From contig OZ024740.1 of assembly GCA_964016885.1 (NCBI GenBank), positions 271,436,001-271,500,000 of the forward strand: a stretch of 64,000 nt of DNA, written 5' to 3'. This document shows positions 46,924 through 60,463 of the stretch, one piece after another. Numbering within the stretch: position 1 is the first letter of the stretch; every line of letters begins with the position of its first letter. Position numbers and translations under genes: made by a program. The notes under the pieces were generated by a model. It was not told where the DNA came from and searched no databases. It saw only the letters and a list, made by a program, of their open reading frames with translations. The stretch comes from Eledone cirrhosa. Lineage: Eukaryota.

Positions 46924-49900
46924 AGTGTGTTGTAATACTGTGGTCAGTATGTTGTGGTAATGTGGTCAGTGTGTTGTGGTACTGTGGTCAGTGTGTTGTG
47001 GTACTGTGGTCAGTATGTTGTGGTACAGTGGTCAGTGTGTTGTGGTAATGTGGTCAGTGTGTTGTGGTACTGTGGTCAGTGTGTTGTGGTAATGTGGTCA
47101 GTATGTTGTGGTAATGTGGTCAGTGTGTTGTGGTAGTGTGGTCAGTATGTTGTGGTAATGTGGTCAGTATGTTGTAATACTGTGGTCAGTATGTTGTGGT
47201 AATGTGGTCAGTGTGTTGTGGCACTGTGGTCAGTCTGTTGTGGTACTGTGGTCAGTATGTTGTGGTACTGTGGTCAGTGTGTTGTGGTAATGTAGTCAGT
47301 GTGTTGTGGTAATGTGGTCAGTGTGTTGTGGTACTGTGGTCAGTGTGTTGTGGTAATGTAGTCAGTGTGTTGTGGTAATGTGGTCAGTGTGTTGTGGTAC
47401 TGTGGTCAGGGTGTTGTGGTACTGTGGTCAGTGTGTTGTGGTACTGTGGTCAGTATGTTGTGGTAATGTGGTCAGTGTGTTGTGGTAATGTGGTCAGTAT
47501 GTTGTGGTAATGTGGTCAGTGTGTTGTGGTACTGTGGTCAGTGTGTTGTGGTAATGTGGTCAGTGTGTTGTGGTAATGTGGTCAGTGTGTTGTGGTATTG
47601 TGGTCAGTGTGTTGTGGTAATGTGATCAGTGTGTTGTGCTAATGTGGTCAGTATGTTGTGGTACTGTAGTCAGTGTGTTGTCGTAATGTAGTCAGTGTGT
47701 TGTGGTACTGTGGTCAGTGTGTTGCCGTAATGTAGTCAGTGTGTTGTGGTAATGTGGTCAGTATGTTGTGGTACTGTGGTCAGTGTGTTGTCGTACTGTG
47801 GTCAGTGTGTTGTGGTAATGTGGTCAGTGTGTTGTGGTACTGTGGTCAGTATGTTGTGGTACTGTGGTCAGTATGTTGTGGTACTGTGTTCAGTGTGTTG
47901 TCGTACTGTGGTCAGTGTGTTGTGGTAATGTGGTCAAGGTGTTGTGGTAATGTGGTCAGTGTGTTGTGGTAATGTGGTCAGTATGTTGTGGTAATGTGGT
48001 CAGTATGTTTTGGTACTGTGGTCAGTGTGTTGTGGTACTGTGGTCAGTGTGTTGTGGTAATGTGGTCAGTATGTTGTGATAATGTGGTCAGTGTGTTGTG
48101 GTACTGTGGTGAGTGTGTTGTGGCAATGTGGTCAGTGTGTTGTGGTACTGTGGTCAGTGTGTTGTGGTAATGTGGTCAGTGTGTTGTGGTACTGTGGCCA
48201 GTGTGTTGTGGTAATGTGGTCAGTATGTTGTGGTACTGTGGTCAGTGTGTTGTGGTACTGTGGTCAGTGTGTTGTCGTAATGTAGTCAGTGTGTTGTGGT
48301 ACTGTGGTCAGTGTGTTGTGGTACTGTGGTCAGTGTGTTATGGTACTGTGGTCAGTGTGTTGTGGTAATGTGGTCAGTATGTTGTGATAATGTGGTCAGT
48401 GTGTTGTCGTAATGTAGTCAGTGTGTTGTGGTACTGTGGTCAGTATGTTGTGGTACTGTGGTCAGAGTGTTGTGGTAATGTGGTCAGTGTGTTGTGGTAC
48501 TGTGGTCAGTGTGTTGTGGTAATGTGGTCAGTATGTTGTGGTAATGTGGTCAGTGTGTTGTGGTAATGTGGTCAGTATGTTGTGGTAATGTGGTCAGTGT
48601 GTTGTGGTAGTGTGGTCAGTATGTTGTGGTAATGTGGTCAGTATGTTGTAATACTGTGGTCAGTATGTTGTGGTAATGTGGTCAGTGTGTTGTGGCACTG
48701 TGGTCAGTCTGTTGTGGTACTGTGGTCAGTATGTTGTGGTACTGTGGTCAGTGTGTTGTGGTAATGTAGTCAGTGTGTTGTGGTAATGTGGTCAGTGTGT
48801 TGTGGTACTGTGGTCAGTGTGTTGTGGTAATGTAGTCAGTGTGTTGTGGTAATGTGGTCAGTGTGTTGTGGTACTGTGGTCAGGGTGTTGTGGTACTGTG
48901 GTCAGTGTGTTGTGGTACTGTGGTCAGTATGTTGTGGTAATGTGGTCAGTGTGTTGTGGTAATGTGGTCAGTATGTTGTGGTAATGTGGTCAGTGTGTTG
49001 TGGTACTGTGGTCAGTGTGTTGTGGTAATGTGGTCAGTGTGTTGTGGTAATGTGGTCAGTGTGTTGTGGTATTATGGTCAGTGTGTTGTGGTAATGTGAT
49101 CAGTGTGTTGTGCTAATGTGGTCAGTGTGTTGTGGTACTGTGGTCAGTGTGTTGTCGTAATGTAGTCAGTGTGTTGTGGTAATGTGGTCAGTATGTTGTG
49201 GTACTGTGGTCAGTGTGTTGTCGTACTGTGGTCAGTGTGTTGTGGTACTGTGGTCAGTGTGTTGTGGTACTGTGGTCAGTGTGTTGTGGTACTGTGGTCA
49301 GTGTGTTGTGGTAATGTGGTCAGTGTGTTGTGGTACTGTGGTCAGTATGTTGTGGTACTGTGGTCAGTATGTTGTGGTACTGTGTTCAGTGTGTTGTCGT
49401 ACTGTGGTCAGTGTGTTGTGGTACTGTGGTCAGTGTGTTGTGGTAATGTGGTCAGTGTGTTGTGGTACTGTGGTCAGTATGTTGTGGTACTGTGGTCAGT
49501 ATGTTGTGGTACTGTGTTCAGTGTGTTGTCGTACTGTGGTCAGTGTGTTGTGGTAATGTGGTCAAGGTGGTGTGGTAATGTGGTCAGTGTGTTGTGGTAA
49601 TGTGGTCAGTATGTTGTGGTAATGTGGTCAGTATGTTTTGGTACTGTGGTCAGTGTGTTGTGGTACTGTGGTCAGTGTGTTGTGGTAATGTGGTCAGTAT
49701 GTTGTGATAATGTGGTCAGTGTGTTGTGGTACTGTGGTGAGTGTGTTGTGGCAATGTGGTCAGTGTGTTGTGGTACTGTGGTCAGTGTGTTGTGGTAATG
49801 TGGTCAGTGTGTTGTGGTACTGTGGTCAGTGTGTTGTGGTAATGTGGTCAGTATGTTGTGGTACTGTGGTCAGTGTGTTGTGGTACTGTGGTCAGTGTGT

Positions 49901-51576
49901 TGTCGTAATGTAGTCAGTGTGTTGTGGTACTGTGGTCAGTGTGTTGTGGTACTGTGGTCAGTGTGTTATGGTACTGTGGTCAGTGTGTTGTGGTAATGTG
50001 GTCAGTATGTTGTGATAATGTGGTCAGTGTGTTGTCGTAATGTAGTCAGTGTGTTGTGGTACTGTGGTCAGTATGTTGTGGTACTGTGGTCAGTGTGTTG
50101 TCGTACTGTGGTCAGTGTGTTGTGGTAATGTGGTCAATGTGTTGTGGTAATGTGGTCACTGTGTTGTGGTAATGTGGTCAGTGTGTTGTGGTAATGTGGT
50201 CACTGTGTTGTGGTAATGTAGTCAGTATGTTGTGGTATTGTGGTCATTGTGTTGTGGTACTGTGGTCAGTGTGTTGTGGTAATGTGGTCAGTATGTTGTG
50301 GTACTGTGGTCAGTGTGTTGTGGTAATGTGGTCACTGTGTTGTGGTCATGTGGTCACTGTGTTGTGGTAATGTAGTCAGTATGTTGTGGTAATGTGGTCA
50401 ATGTGTTGTGGTAATGTGGTCACTGTGTTGTGGTAATGTAGTCAGTATGTTGTGGTACTGTGGTCAGTGTGTTGTGGTAATGTGGTCAGTATGTTGTGGT
50501 ACTGTGGTCAGTGTGTTGTGGTAATGTGGTCAGTATGTTGTGGTACTGTGGTCAGTGTGTTGTGATAATGTGGTCAGTATGTTGTGATAATGTGGTCAGT
50601 GTGTTGTGGTAATGTAGTCAGTATGTTGTGGTACTGTGGTCAGTGTGTTGTGATAATGTGGTCAGTATGTTGTGATAATGTGGTCAGTGTGTTGTGGTAC
50701 TGTGGTGAGTGTGTTGTGGTAATGTGGTCAATGTGTTGTGGTAATGTGGTCAGTGTGTTGTGGTAATGTGGTCAGTATGCCGTAGTAATGTGGTCAGTGT
50801 GTTGTGGTAATGTGGTCAGTATGTTGTAGTAATGTGGTCATTGTGTTGTGGTAATGTGGTCAGTATGTTGTGGTACTGTGGTCATTGTGTTGTGGTAATG
50901 TGGTCAGTATGTTGTGGTACTGTGGTCAGTGTGTTGTGGTAATGTGGTCAGTGTGTTGTGGTACTGTGGTCAGTGTGTTGTCGTAATGTAGTCAGTGTGT
51001 TGTGGTAATGTGGTCAGTATGTTGTGGTACTGTGGTCAGTGTGTTGTCGTAATGTAGTCAGTGTGTTGTGGTAATGTGGTCAGTATGTTGTGGTACTGTG
51101 GTCAGTGTGTTGTGGTAATGTGGTCAGTATGTTGTGATAATGTGGTCAGTGTGTTGTGGTAATGTGGTCAGTATGTTGTAGTAATGTTGTCATTGTGTTG
51201 TGGTAATGTGGTCAGTGTGTTGTGGTACTGTGGTCAGTGTGTTGTGGTAATGTGGTCAGTGTGTTGTGGTACTGTGGTCAGTGTGTTGTGGTAATGTGGT
51301 CAGTGTGTTGTGGTAATGTGGTCAGTGTGTTGTGGTAATGTGGTCAGTATGTTGTGGTAATGTGGTCAGTGTGTTTTGGTACTGTGGTCAGTGTGTTGTG
51401 GTAATGTGGTCAGTATGTTGTGGTACTGTGGTCAGTGTGTTGTGGTAATGTGGTCAGTATGTTGTGATAATGTGGTCAGTATGTTGTGATAATGTGGTCA
51501 GTATGTTGTGGCACTGTGGTCAGTGTGTTGTGGTACTGTGGTCAGTATGTTGTGATAATGTGGTCAGTGTGTTGTG
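46924..51576. repeat. 22-bp minisatellite (GTGTGTTGTGGTAMTGTGGTCA)n, about 210 units
   Basis: Directly visible, with degenerate units in the flanks. Confidence 0.97.
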
Positions 51577-51809
51577 AGTGTCTGATAAATAATGCGTCCG
51601 AATGTCCCGATTGTGTAGTTCAATGACCTGCCAATGTGTAGTCAATAAGTTGTCAGTATCAGGCGGTCAGTGTAGAAACAGTACGTGGTTAGTGTGTGGG
51701 GTCAATAACCTCTTCAAAGCGTGTGCTGTGCTGTGTGGTCAACGTAGTGACCGCGTCTTAATGTAATAAAAATGTGGTAAATAACGTATTGTAAGTTGAT
51801 GGGAAACGA

Positions 51810-52078
51810 TAAATTTATTGATACACATAAATATATCGATGCACATAAATATATTGATACATAGAAATACATTGATACACATAAATATATTGATACACAG
51901 ATATATATCGATACACATACATATATTGATACACATAAATGTATTGATATACATAAATACACAAATATATCGATGCACATAAATATATCGATACACAGAA
52001 ACGTATTGATACTCATAAACATATTGGTACACAGAAATATATTGATACTCAGAAATATATTGATACACATAAATATAT
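51810..52078. repeat. About 20-bp minisatellite (AAATATATTGATACACAT-like), resuming at 52975-53012
   Basis: Directly visible; interrupted by a PLE. Confidence 0.85.
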
Positions 52079-52240
52079 TGTTATACTTTGGGAGGGTCAT
52101 GTTGCCAATAAGAAACACACGCACCAGTTGTTTTTACTTCAATTTATTATATATTTATAAATTTATAAATTTACAAATCTACAAATTTATAAATTTCTGG
52201 TTGGTTGGTTGGTTCCACAACCAGATAGTTGTTTATATAT

Positions 52241-52285
52241 AGTCATAGTCCTTTCGTCACACACTCTGTGACCTCTTCAGTGACT
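52241..52285 (-). ncRNA. Minimal type I hammerhead in the PLE 3' UTR
   Basis: AGTCA-CTGAAGA-G-GTCAC-AGAGTGT-GTGAC-GAAA-GGAC-TA-TGACT. Confidence 0.78.
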
Positions 52286-52485
52286 GGGGATTCCTTTCTT
52301 TGTTTTTGTGCCTTTCCTTTCTTCTGTCCTACGCCATTTTGTTTCTGTGTGTGTGTTGTGTGCTCAGTTTGCGCATGCGCCACATCCGGGTGTCTGTGTG
52401 TGTGTGTGTTCATTTATCTATTTGTTTATTTATTTACATGTTATTGGTTGTTTGTTCTATGTGTGTGTGTGTTTTCATTTTGTCC

Positions 52486-52975
52486 TTAATTGTAAGTTGT
52501 GATGTTGCTGTTCCACTCATATTTTCTATTTAATTTTGGTTGTAATTCTTTTATGTTTATTGCCTCTGTAATTTGTCTAAACATTGCATCTTTTCTGTGT
52601 GTAGATTCTATTTTTATTTCTATGTTCTCTAATTTACCCTTGTGTTCTATCTTAACATGTTGGTAGAGCACAGATGATTCTTTACTATCTTGAAGGTCTC
52701 GCCAGTGTTCATTTATCCGTTCCCCTATACTACGAGCTGTCTCACCTATGTACACTATATTTTTGTTTCTACATTGTCCTTCAGTACATCTTATGCTATA
52801 CACTACATTTCTAGTTTTACAGTTAATATGGGGGCTTATTTTACAGGTTATACATTTCTTATCTATACATGAGGGTCTTTGGAACGGGTATGTCTTGCTA
52901 ATAAGTGTTTTTACGGAGGTACCTGGTCTTTCTACTATCTTAATATTGAGTTTATGTTTATTTAGGGCCCTTCTA
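52486..52975 (-). pseudogene. PLE GIY-YIG endonuclease domain with Cys-rich linker (open frame, 5'-truncated)
   Basis: CIDKKCITC..CKTRNVVYSIRC..C..YIGETARSIGERINEH..SVLYQH..EAINIKELQPKLNRKYEW. Confidence 0.9.
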
Positions 52976-53054
52976 AATATATTGATACACAGAAATATAT
53001 CGATACACATATTGTAAAATTTGTTCAGTCAATATATATACGGAAGGACACTCC

Positions 53055-55820
53055 CACTACCACCATCACCACTACAACCACCACCACCACTACACCACCA
53101 CTACAACCACCACCACTAACACCACCACCACTAAAACCTCTAACACTATCACAACCACTAACACCAGAACTACCACAACCACCACACCATCACAGCTAAC
53201 ACCACCACCACCACCATTACCGCCGCCACTAACAACACCACTTACACCATCACCACCATCACCCCTAACACCACCACTAACAATACCACCACCACTAAAA
53301 CCTCTAACACTATTACCACTACTAACACCACAAATACCACAACCACCACCACCATCACTAACACCACTAACACTACACCACCACCACTAACATCACCACC
53401 ACACCAGCACCACTAACACCACCACCACAACTGGCACCACCACCATCACTAACACCACTACCACTACACCACCACCACTAACATCACCACCACACCACCA
53501 CCACCACCACTAACACCACCACCACCACTGGCACCACCACCATCACTAACACCACCACCACACCACCACCACTAACACCGCCACCACCACTGGCACCACC
53601 ACCATCACTAACACCACCACCACTACCACTAACACCACCACCACCACCACTAATACCACCGCTAACACCACCACCACTAACACCACCTCCACTAACACCG
53701 CTAACATCACAACCACCACCACACCACCACCACAACAACAACAACCCCACCTCACCACCACCACTAACACCACAACCACCACCACACCACCACCACACCA
53801 CCACCACAACCACCACCACACCACCACCACTAACACCACTACCACTAACACCATAACCACCGCCACCACTAACACAACCACCACACCACCACCACACCTC
53901 CACCACCAACACCATGACACCACCACCACTAACACCACCACCACCGCTACCTCTAACACAACCACCACCACCACTAGCACCACCACCACCACCACCACAA
54001 ACACCACCACCACACCACCACTAACACCACAACGACGACGACCACCACACCACACCACCACCACACCACCACCACACCACCATCACCACACCATCACACC
54101 ACCACTAACACCACCACAACCACTAACAACACAACGACGACGACCACCACCACCACCACACCACCACCACACCACTACCACCACTAACACCACCACCACC
54201 ACTAACACCACAACCACCACCACTACCTCTAACACCACCACCACCACCACTAACACCAACACCACCACTACCTCTCACACCACCACCACCATAACACCAC
54301 CACCAATAACACCACCACCACCGCTACCTCTAACACCACCACCACCACCACTAACACCACGACCACCACCACTCCCTCTAACACCACCACCACTTACACC
54401 ACCACCACCACTAACACCAACACCACCACCACCACTAACACCACCACCACCACTAACACCACAACCACCACCACTACCTCTAACACCACCACCACTTACA
54501 CCACCACCACCACTAACACCACCACCACCACCACCACCACCACCACCACTAACACCACAACCACCACCACTACCTCTAACACCACCACCACACCACTACC
54601 ACACCACTAACACCACCACCACCACCACCACTAACACCACCACCACCACTACCTCTAACACCACCACCACTAACACCACCACCACCACTAACACCAACAC
54701 CACCACTAACACCACCACACCACCACCACCACCACCACCACCACTAACACTACCACCACCACCACCACTAACACCACCACCACCACCACCACCACCACCA
54801 CTAACACCACCACCACCACCACCACCACCACCACCACCACCACCACTACCTCTAACACCACCACCACTAACACCACTACCACCACTAACACCACCACCAC
54901 CACTAACACCAACACCACCACCGACACTAACACCACCACCACCACTAACACCACCACAACCACCACCACCACCACCACTAACACCACCACCACCACTAAC
55001 ACCACCACCACACCACCACCACCACCACCACCACCACCACCACCACCACCACCACCACCACCACCACTAACACCACCACCACACCACCACCACCACCACC
55101 ACCACCACCACCACCACCACCACCACCACCACCACCACCACCACCACCACCACTAACACCACCACCACCACCACCACCACCACCACCACCACCACCACCT
55201 CTAACACCACCACCACTAACACCACCACCACCACTAACACCACCACCACCACTAACACCAACACCACACCACCACCACCACCACCACCACCACCACCACC
55301 ACCACCACCACCACCACCACCACCACCACTAACACCACCACCACACCACCACCACCACCACCACCACCACCACCACCACCACCACCACCACCACCACCAC
55401 TAACACCACCACCACCACCACCACCACCACCACCACCACCACTACCTCTAACACCACCACCACTAACACTAACACCACCACCACCACTAACACCACCACC
55501 ACCACTAACACCAACACCACCACCACCACTAACACCACCACCACCACTAACACCACCACCACCACCACCACCACCACCACTAACACCACCACCACCACCA
55601 CCACCACCACCACACCACCACCACCACCACCACCACCACCACCACCACCACCACCACCACCACCACTAACACCACCACCACACCACCACCACCACCACCA
55701 CCACCACCACCACCACCACCACCACCACTAACACCACCACCACCACCACCACCACCACCACCACCTCTAACACCACCACCACTAACACCACCACCACCAC
55801 TAACACCACCACATCAACAA
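53055..55820. repeat. (ACC)n-based degenerate array with CACTAACAC/CTCTAAC variants
   Basis: Directly visible. Confidence 0.95.
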
Positions 55821-56106
55821 CCCCAGTGTGGTGTAGCGTATAGTGTTTGTTTGTATGTGGGTGGTAAGGGTGGGGAGAAGGACATGGGCTTTGACGTAGT
55901 TTCATACTTTGTTCGTCTGACTGACTATGTATATGTTTGTTTGCAATGTGTGTGTGTGGTTAAGTGTGTACAATGTGAGTGTGTGTATATTTGTGTGTCT
56001 CTGTGTATCTATGTGTGTGTGTGAGTGTGTATGAGTAATGTGTCTGAAAGTTTGGTGTCAATGTGACCTTGTTTTGTTCTCAGACAAAAACAAACACATT
56101 CAATTG

Positions 56107-56148
<42 letters not shown>

Positions 56149-56276
56149 TGCATACATACATGCATACATGTATACATACATATATAATTTTTTATAATAC
56201 ATACATATATATACATGAATACATACATGCATACATACATACATGCATGTATGCATATAATGTGGTACTATATAAA

Positions 56277-56372
<96 letters not shown>

Positions 56373-56394
56373 TTTGTATATTTGTATATATATG

Positions 56395-56431
<37 letters not shown>

Positions 56432-56581
56432 AGAAGTTATATTTAATTTGTTGGGATACAACAAGCAAATATTATTATAACTGATATAAAGCACTCAACA
56501 AAGTTTTGGGAGCTTCCAACCGACATGGTTGCATTCTTTAAGGGTATGTCAATATTTGTTTATAAAACTGATCTATATTAT

Positions 56582-56644
56582 ATTTTATCTGATGAAAGCG
56601 CACCATAATTTGCTTTGGTGTCCTTGAAATATGTATAATGAAAT
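56582..56644 (+). ncRNA. Minimal type I hammerhead (family C), inside an element with about 49-bp terminal inverted repeats (56461-56509 / 56698-56747)
   Basis: ATTTTAT-CTGATGA-AAG..CACCA..TGGTG..CCTT-GAAA-TATGTA-TA-ATGAAAT. Confidence 0.72.
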
Positions 56645-56806
56645 AAATATGGTTTTATAAATATAGTTTCCATTTGTTAATATATTGTATTTTTACTCCA
56701 AAACTTTGTTGAGTGCTTTATATCAGTTATAATAATATTTGCTTGTTTGTTAGTCATGACTGAATCTTAACCATCTACTATGTCAGAGTATGTCATGCAT
56801 CATCTT

Positions 56807-56871
56807 ATTTTATCTGATGAGGACGTACTGTTGAAGTTAACTCAGTACCTCTGAAATATGTATAATAAAAT
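56807..56871 (+). ncRNA. Minimal type I hammerhead (family F, monomer 1)
   Basis: ATTTTAT-CTGATGA-GGAC-GTACTG..CAGTAC-CTCT-GAAA-TATGTA-TA-ATAAAAT. Confidence 0.75.
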
Positions 56872-56945
56872 ATACTTGATCACAAGAATATTTATTTTGT
56901 TAATATTTTGAATTAATGTATATATACATATATATACATTTATAC

Positions 56946-56977
<32 letters not shown>

Positions 56978-57035
56978 GACTGCTATGACTGAATTTTAAC
57001 CATCAACATAGTCAAGGTATGTCAAGGATCAACTT

Positions 57036-57100
57036 ATTTTATCTGATGAAGACGTACTGTTGAAAATAGCTCAGTACCTCTGAAATATGTATAATAAAAT
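57036..57100 (+). ncRNA. Minimal type I hammerhead (family F, monomer 2)
   Basis: Same fold, 229 bp downstream of monomer 1. Confidence 0.75.
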
Positions 57101-57184
57101 ATACTTGATCACATGAATGTCTATATTTGTTAATATCTTGAATTAATATATATATATCCAACGTCAATAAATACTCCAGGATTT

Positions 57185-57244
57185 TTTCATTCTGATGATT
57201 GAAAGCAATTTTTTTTGCTTTTAAGAAACCACTGGTAAATGAAA
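57185..57244 (+). ncRNA. Type I hammerhead (family D variant)
   Basis: TTTCATT-CTGATGA-TTGAAAGC..GCTTTTAA-GAAA-CCACTGG-TA-AATGAAA. Confidence 0.8.
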
Positions 57245-57269
57245 TAATTGCTTTATGTTGTTTATTACA

Positions 57270-57349
<80 letters not shown>

Positions 57350-57364
<15 letters not shown>

Positions 57365-57668
57365 AGAACAAAAGATGGTTAAAAGAGTTCCATGTATTTT
57401 ATTATGCGCATTTCAAAAACAAATATCATCATGCAATAATATTTGTGTTTTCATCAGATAAAATAGGAAGACATGATATGAAGGTTAAAAAACACTTGTG
57501 GATAGTTCAGTTTTAAATCAACATATCATTAACCTTCATATCATGTCTTCGTGTTTTATCTGATGAAAACACAAATATTATTGCATGATGATATTTGTTT
57601 TTGAAATGCGCATAATAAAATACATGGAACTCTTTTAACCATCTTTTGTTCTTATATATTATATATAC
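57350..57668. mobile_element. Fold-back element with a complete HHR in each arm (57397-57463 on -, 57554-57620 on +)
   Basis: About 140 bp near-perfect arms; TTTTAT-CTGATGA-AAAC-ACAAATATTA..TGATATTTGT-TTTT-GAAA-TGCGCA-TA-ATAAAA. Confidence 0.85.
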
Positions 57669-58043
57669 TCCAGTCCTACAAACTGTAGAGTGCTTATTAT
57701 CCGATATCTGCATTGCTTTATTGTACTACAATAAAACTCACCTCCTACATATATATATATATATATATATATAGAGATATAGATATAGATATATATATAT
57801 TAACAAATATAGACTTTATTTTATTATTATAAACTTTATTTTATTCTGAGTTAAGGCTCTATTGATTTTTCCCTGGATTTCACAAAATTCTATGGAATAA
57901 TCTTTGTCTTGATTTCTTTTTTAATTGAGTTTGAATTATTTTCCCACATCTTACGTTAAATATTTTTCCGTTTTGACGTCATAGTCACTTATATATTATG
58001 AAATACTGTTGGCTTCACGCTCACAATAATTTCTATACTTTTC

Positions 58044-58085
<42 letters not shown>

Positions 58086-58098
58086 TTATACATTTGTA

Positions 58099-58129
<31 letters not shown>

Positions 58130-58203
58130 GTATATTATATGTATCTATTTATATATTACTTCAAAATATTAATAAATATAGACATTCATGTGATCAAATA
58201 TAT

Positions 58204-58266
58204 TTTTATTATACATATTTCAGAGGTACTGAGCTATTTCATCAGTACGTCCTCATCAGATAAAAT
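58204..58266 (-). ncRNA. Minimal type I hammerhead (family F, monomer 3)
   Basis: Reverse complement of the 56807 motif. Confidence 0.75.
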
Positions 58267-58325
58267 AAATTGATATCTGACATACCTCAACGGTGGTGAT
58301 GGTTCAATTCCAGACTAGGAATATT

Positions 58326-58377
<52 letters not shown>

Positions 58378-58383
58378 TATATT

Positions 58384-58460
<77 letters not shown>

Positions 58461-58496
58461 GTATATTATATATATATATATATATTTATATACATG

Positions 58497-58637
<141 letters not shown>

Positions 58638-58647
58638 ATATATATAT

Positions 58648-58857
<210 letters not shown>

Positions 58858-58905
58858 TATTCAAAATATTAATAAATGAAGACATTCACATAATCAAAAT
58901 ATATG

Positions 58906-58971
58906 TTTTATTATATATATTTCGAAGGTACTGTGCTGTTTTTTTTTCAGTACGTCCTCGTCAGATAAAAT
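58906..58971 (-). ncRNA. Minimal type I hammerhead (family F, monomer 4)
   Basis: ATTTTAT-CTGACGA-GGAC-GTACTG..CAGTAC-CTTC-GAAA-TATATA-TA-ATAAAA. Confidence 0.75.
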
Positions 58972-59045
58972 ACATGAATTGATGCATGACATACCTCAAC
59001 TGTCTTGATGGTTCAATTCCAGTATTGGCAGTCATACATATATAT

Positions 59046-59094
<49 letters not shown>

Positions 59095-59097
<3 letters not shown>

Positions 59098-59172
59098 CCC
59101 TCTCTACTACCCTAAGTATTGAGTACTTTGGTGCGTTGTTGTCCATCTGGTTTCTTACCACATTTCCTTCGA
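59095..59172 (+). mobile_element. Family B 3'-end fragment in (TA)n
   Basis: Diverged reverse complement of 62935-63012. Confidence 0.7.
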
Positions 59173-59204
59173 TATATATATATATATATATATTTATATA
59201 AACC

Positions 59205-60220
59205 CTAGCAGCAGTACCCAGCGTTGCCTGGGTAGGTAAAATAATATCTGCTTTGATGAAAAGGTGTTGGTCTTAGCGACTGCTTCTCGATGACTCATCT
59301 ATTACCACACACAGGCCATGCGGGGGAGGGTGGTGATGACCTCTATCACTGAGAAATGCAGGTGACTGACGAAGGGGCATGCTGGGGTAGGGAAGTAATG
59401 ACCTCTAACACTAAGCCAAATTTCCTCGCGCTACTTGATTGGAAACCGATGAATTCTCAAATACAGAACTAAAAGCTCAGACGACGTCCGTGGCCATCGT
59501 TTTGTCTTTGACTATCTATAAGATGTGCAATGATAGGTTCTATCGTAGTATAAAAGTTGAACCAAATAAATTGATTTATGCGTGAGGTGGAGCCGAAGTT
59601 TCAAATTTGAACGAAATCGGTTGATAAATGTGGGAGCTAGAGCCGAAAAGGCGAAAATTTGAGTGAAAACGTGGTATTTTCGAATATTTAAGCGGCTGCC
59701 ACGCCGTTCCTGAACAAAAAATCCAAAATGTAAACCCATTTTAAGACGTGAAATAATCAGATCTAAATTAGTGTAAAATTTGAACAAAGTAGGTTGATTA
59801 ATGTGGGAGCTAGAGCCGAAAAAGTGGAAATTTGAGTCTAAAAGTGGTATTTTTGAATATTTAAGCGGCTGCCACGCCGTCCCTGAACAACAAATGCAAA
59901 ATATAAAGCCATTACAGGATGTGCAATGATAAATTCTATTTTGCTTTAAAATTTGAACGAAATCGGTGGCAAAATGTGGGAGCTAGAGCCAAAAAATCTT
60001 ATTTTTCAATACCTAAATAAAGGTGACCTCCCCTATCGATTTTTATCTGCAGAATGACCCCGAAATAAAATTAAAAAACGATACGCTGATATATAGAAAA
60101 CACTCCCCGATGACTAATCTATGAGCCTGTAAAGTTTCATGAAAATCGGTCGTAAGATGTAGGCCCCTATAGGTAATACACAGACACACACACACATACT
60201 TAATTTTATATGTATACAGA
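59205..60220 (-). mobile_element. Non-autonomous Helitron-like element with internal about 172-bp tandem repeats
   Basis: Minus strand A|TC 5' end; 3' hairpin ACCCAGGCAACGCTGGGT then CTAG; repeats AAATTTGAAC..ATGTGGGAGCTAGAGCC at about 59602, 59775 and 59947. Confidence 0.75.
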
Positions 60221-60247
60221 TATTTAATAAAAACACCATGTTTTTTA

Positions 60248-60308
60248 TTCATTCTGACGACTGAAGACAGACACAACATCTGTCTTCAAGAAACCACTGG
60301 TAAATGAA
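60248..60308 (+). ncRNA. Type I hammerhead (family D)
   Basis: TTCATT-CTGACGA-CTGAAGACAGA..TCTGTCTTCAA-GAAA-CCACTGG-TA-AATGAA; the element continues to about 60410 and matches 31372-31535. Confidence 0.8.
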
Positions 60309-60463
60309 ATAATTATCTTATGTTGTTTATTACATAACTAATAAGCTCTGTAGCCTACATAAAGCATTCTTTTTTCCTGTACCTTTCTGACGGAAATACT
60401 TCATTTATATATATATATGTATGTATATATGTATGTATGTTTGTATATATATATATCTGTCTC

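Larger units (their letters stand above)
52079..52975 (-). mobile_element. 5'-truncated Penelope-like element (GIY-YIG plus 3' UTR/pLTR with HHR)
   Basis: GIY-YIG ORF followed by an HHR at 52241-52285; inserted into a minisatellite at ATAT. Confidence 0.88.

Noticed and set aside
46924-51576. CRISPR-like or Cys/Trp-rich coding array
   Set aside because: Contiguous 22-bp units with no unique spacers; the period is not a multiple of 3 and stops are frequent
53055-55820. Telomeric repeat or Gly/Val-rich protein
   Set aside because: (ACC)n-derived with TAAC variants, not TTAGGG; the frames break repeatedly
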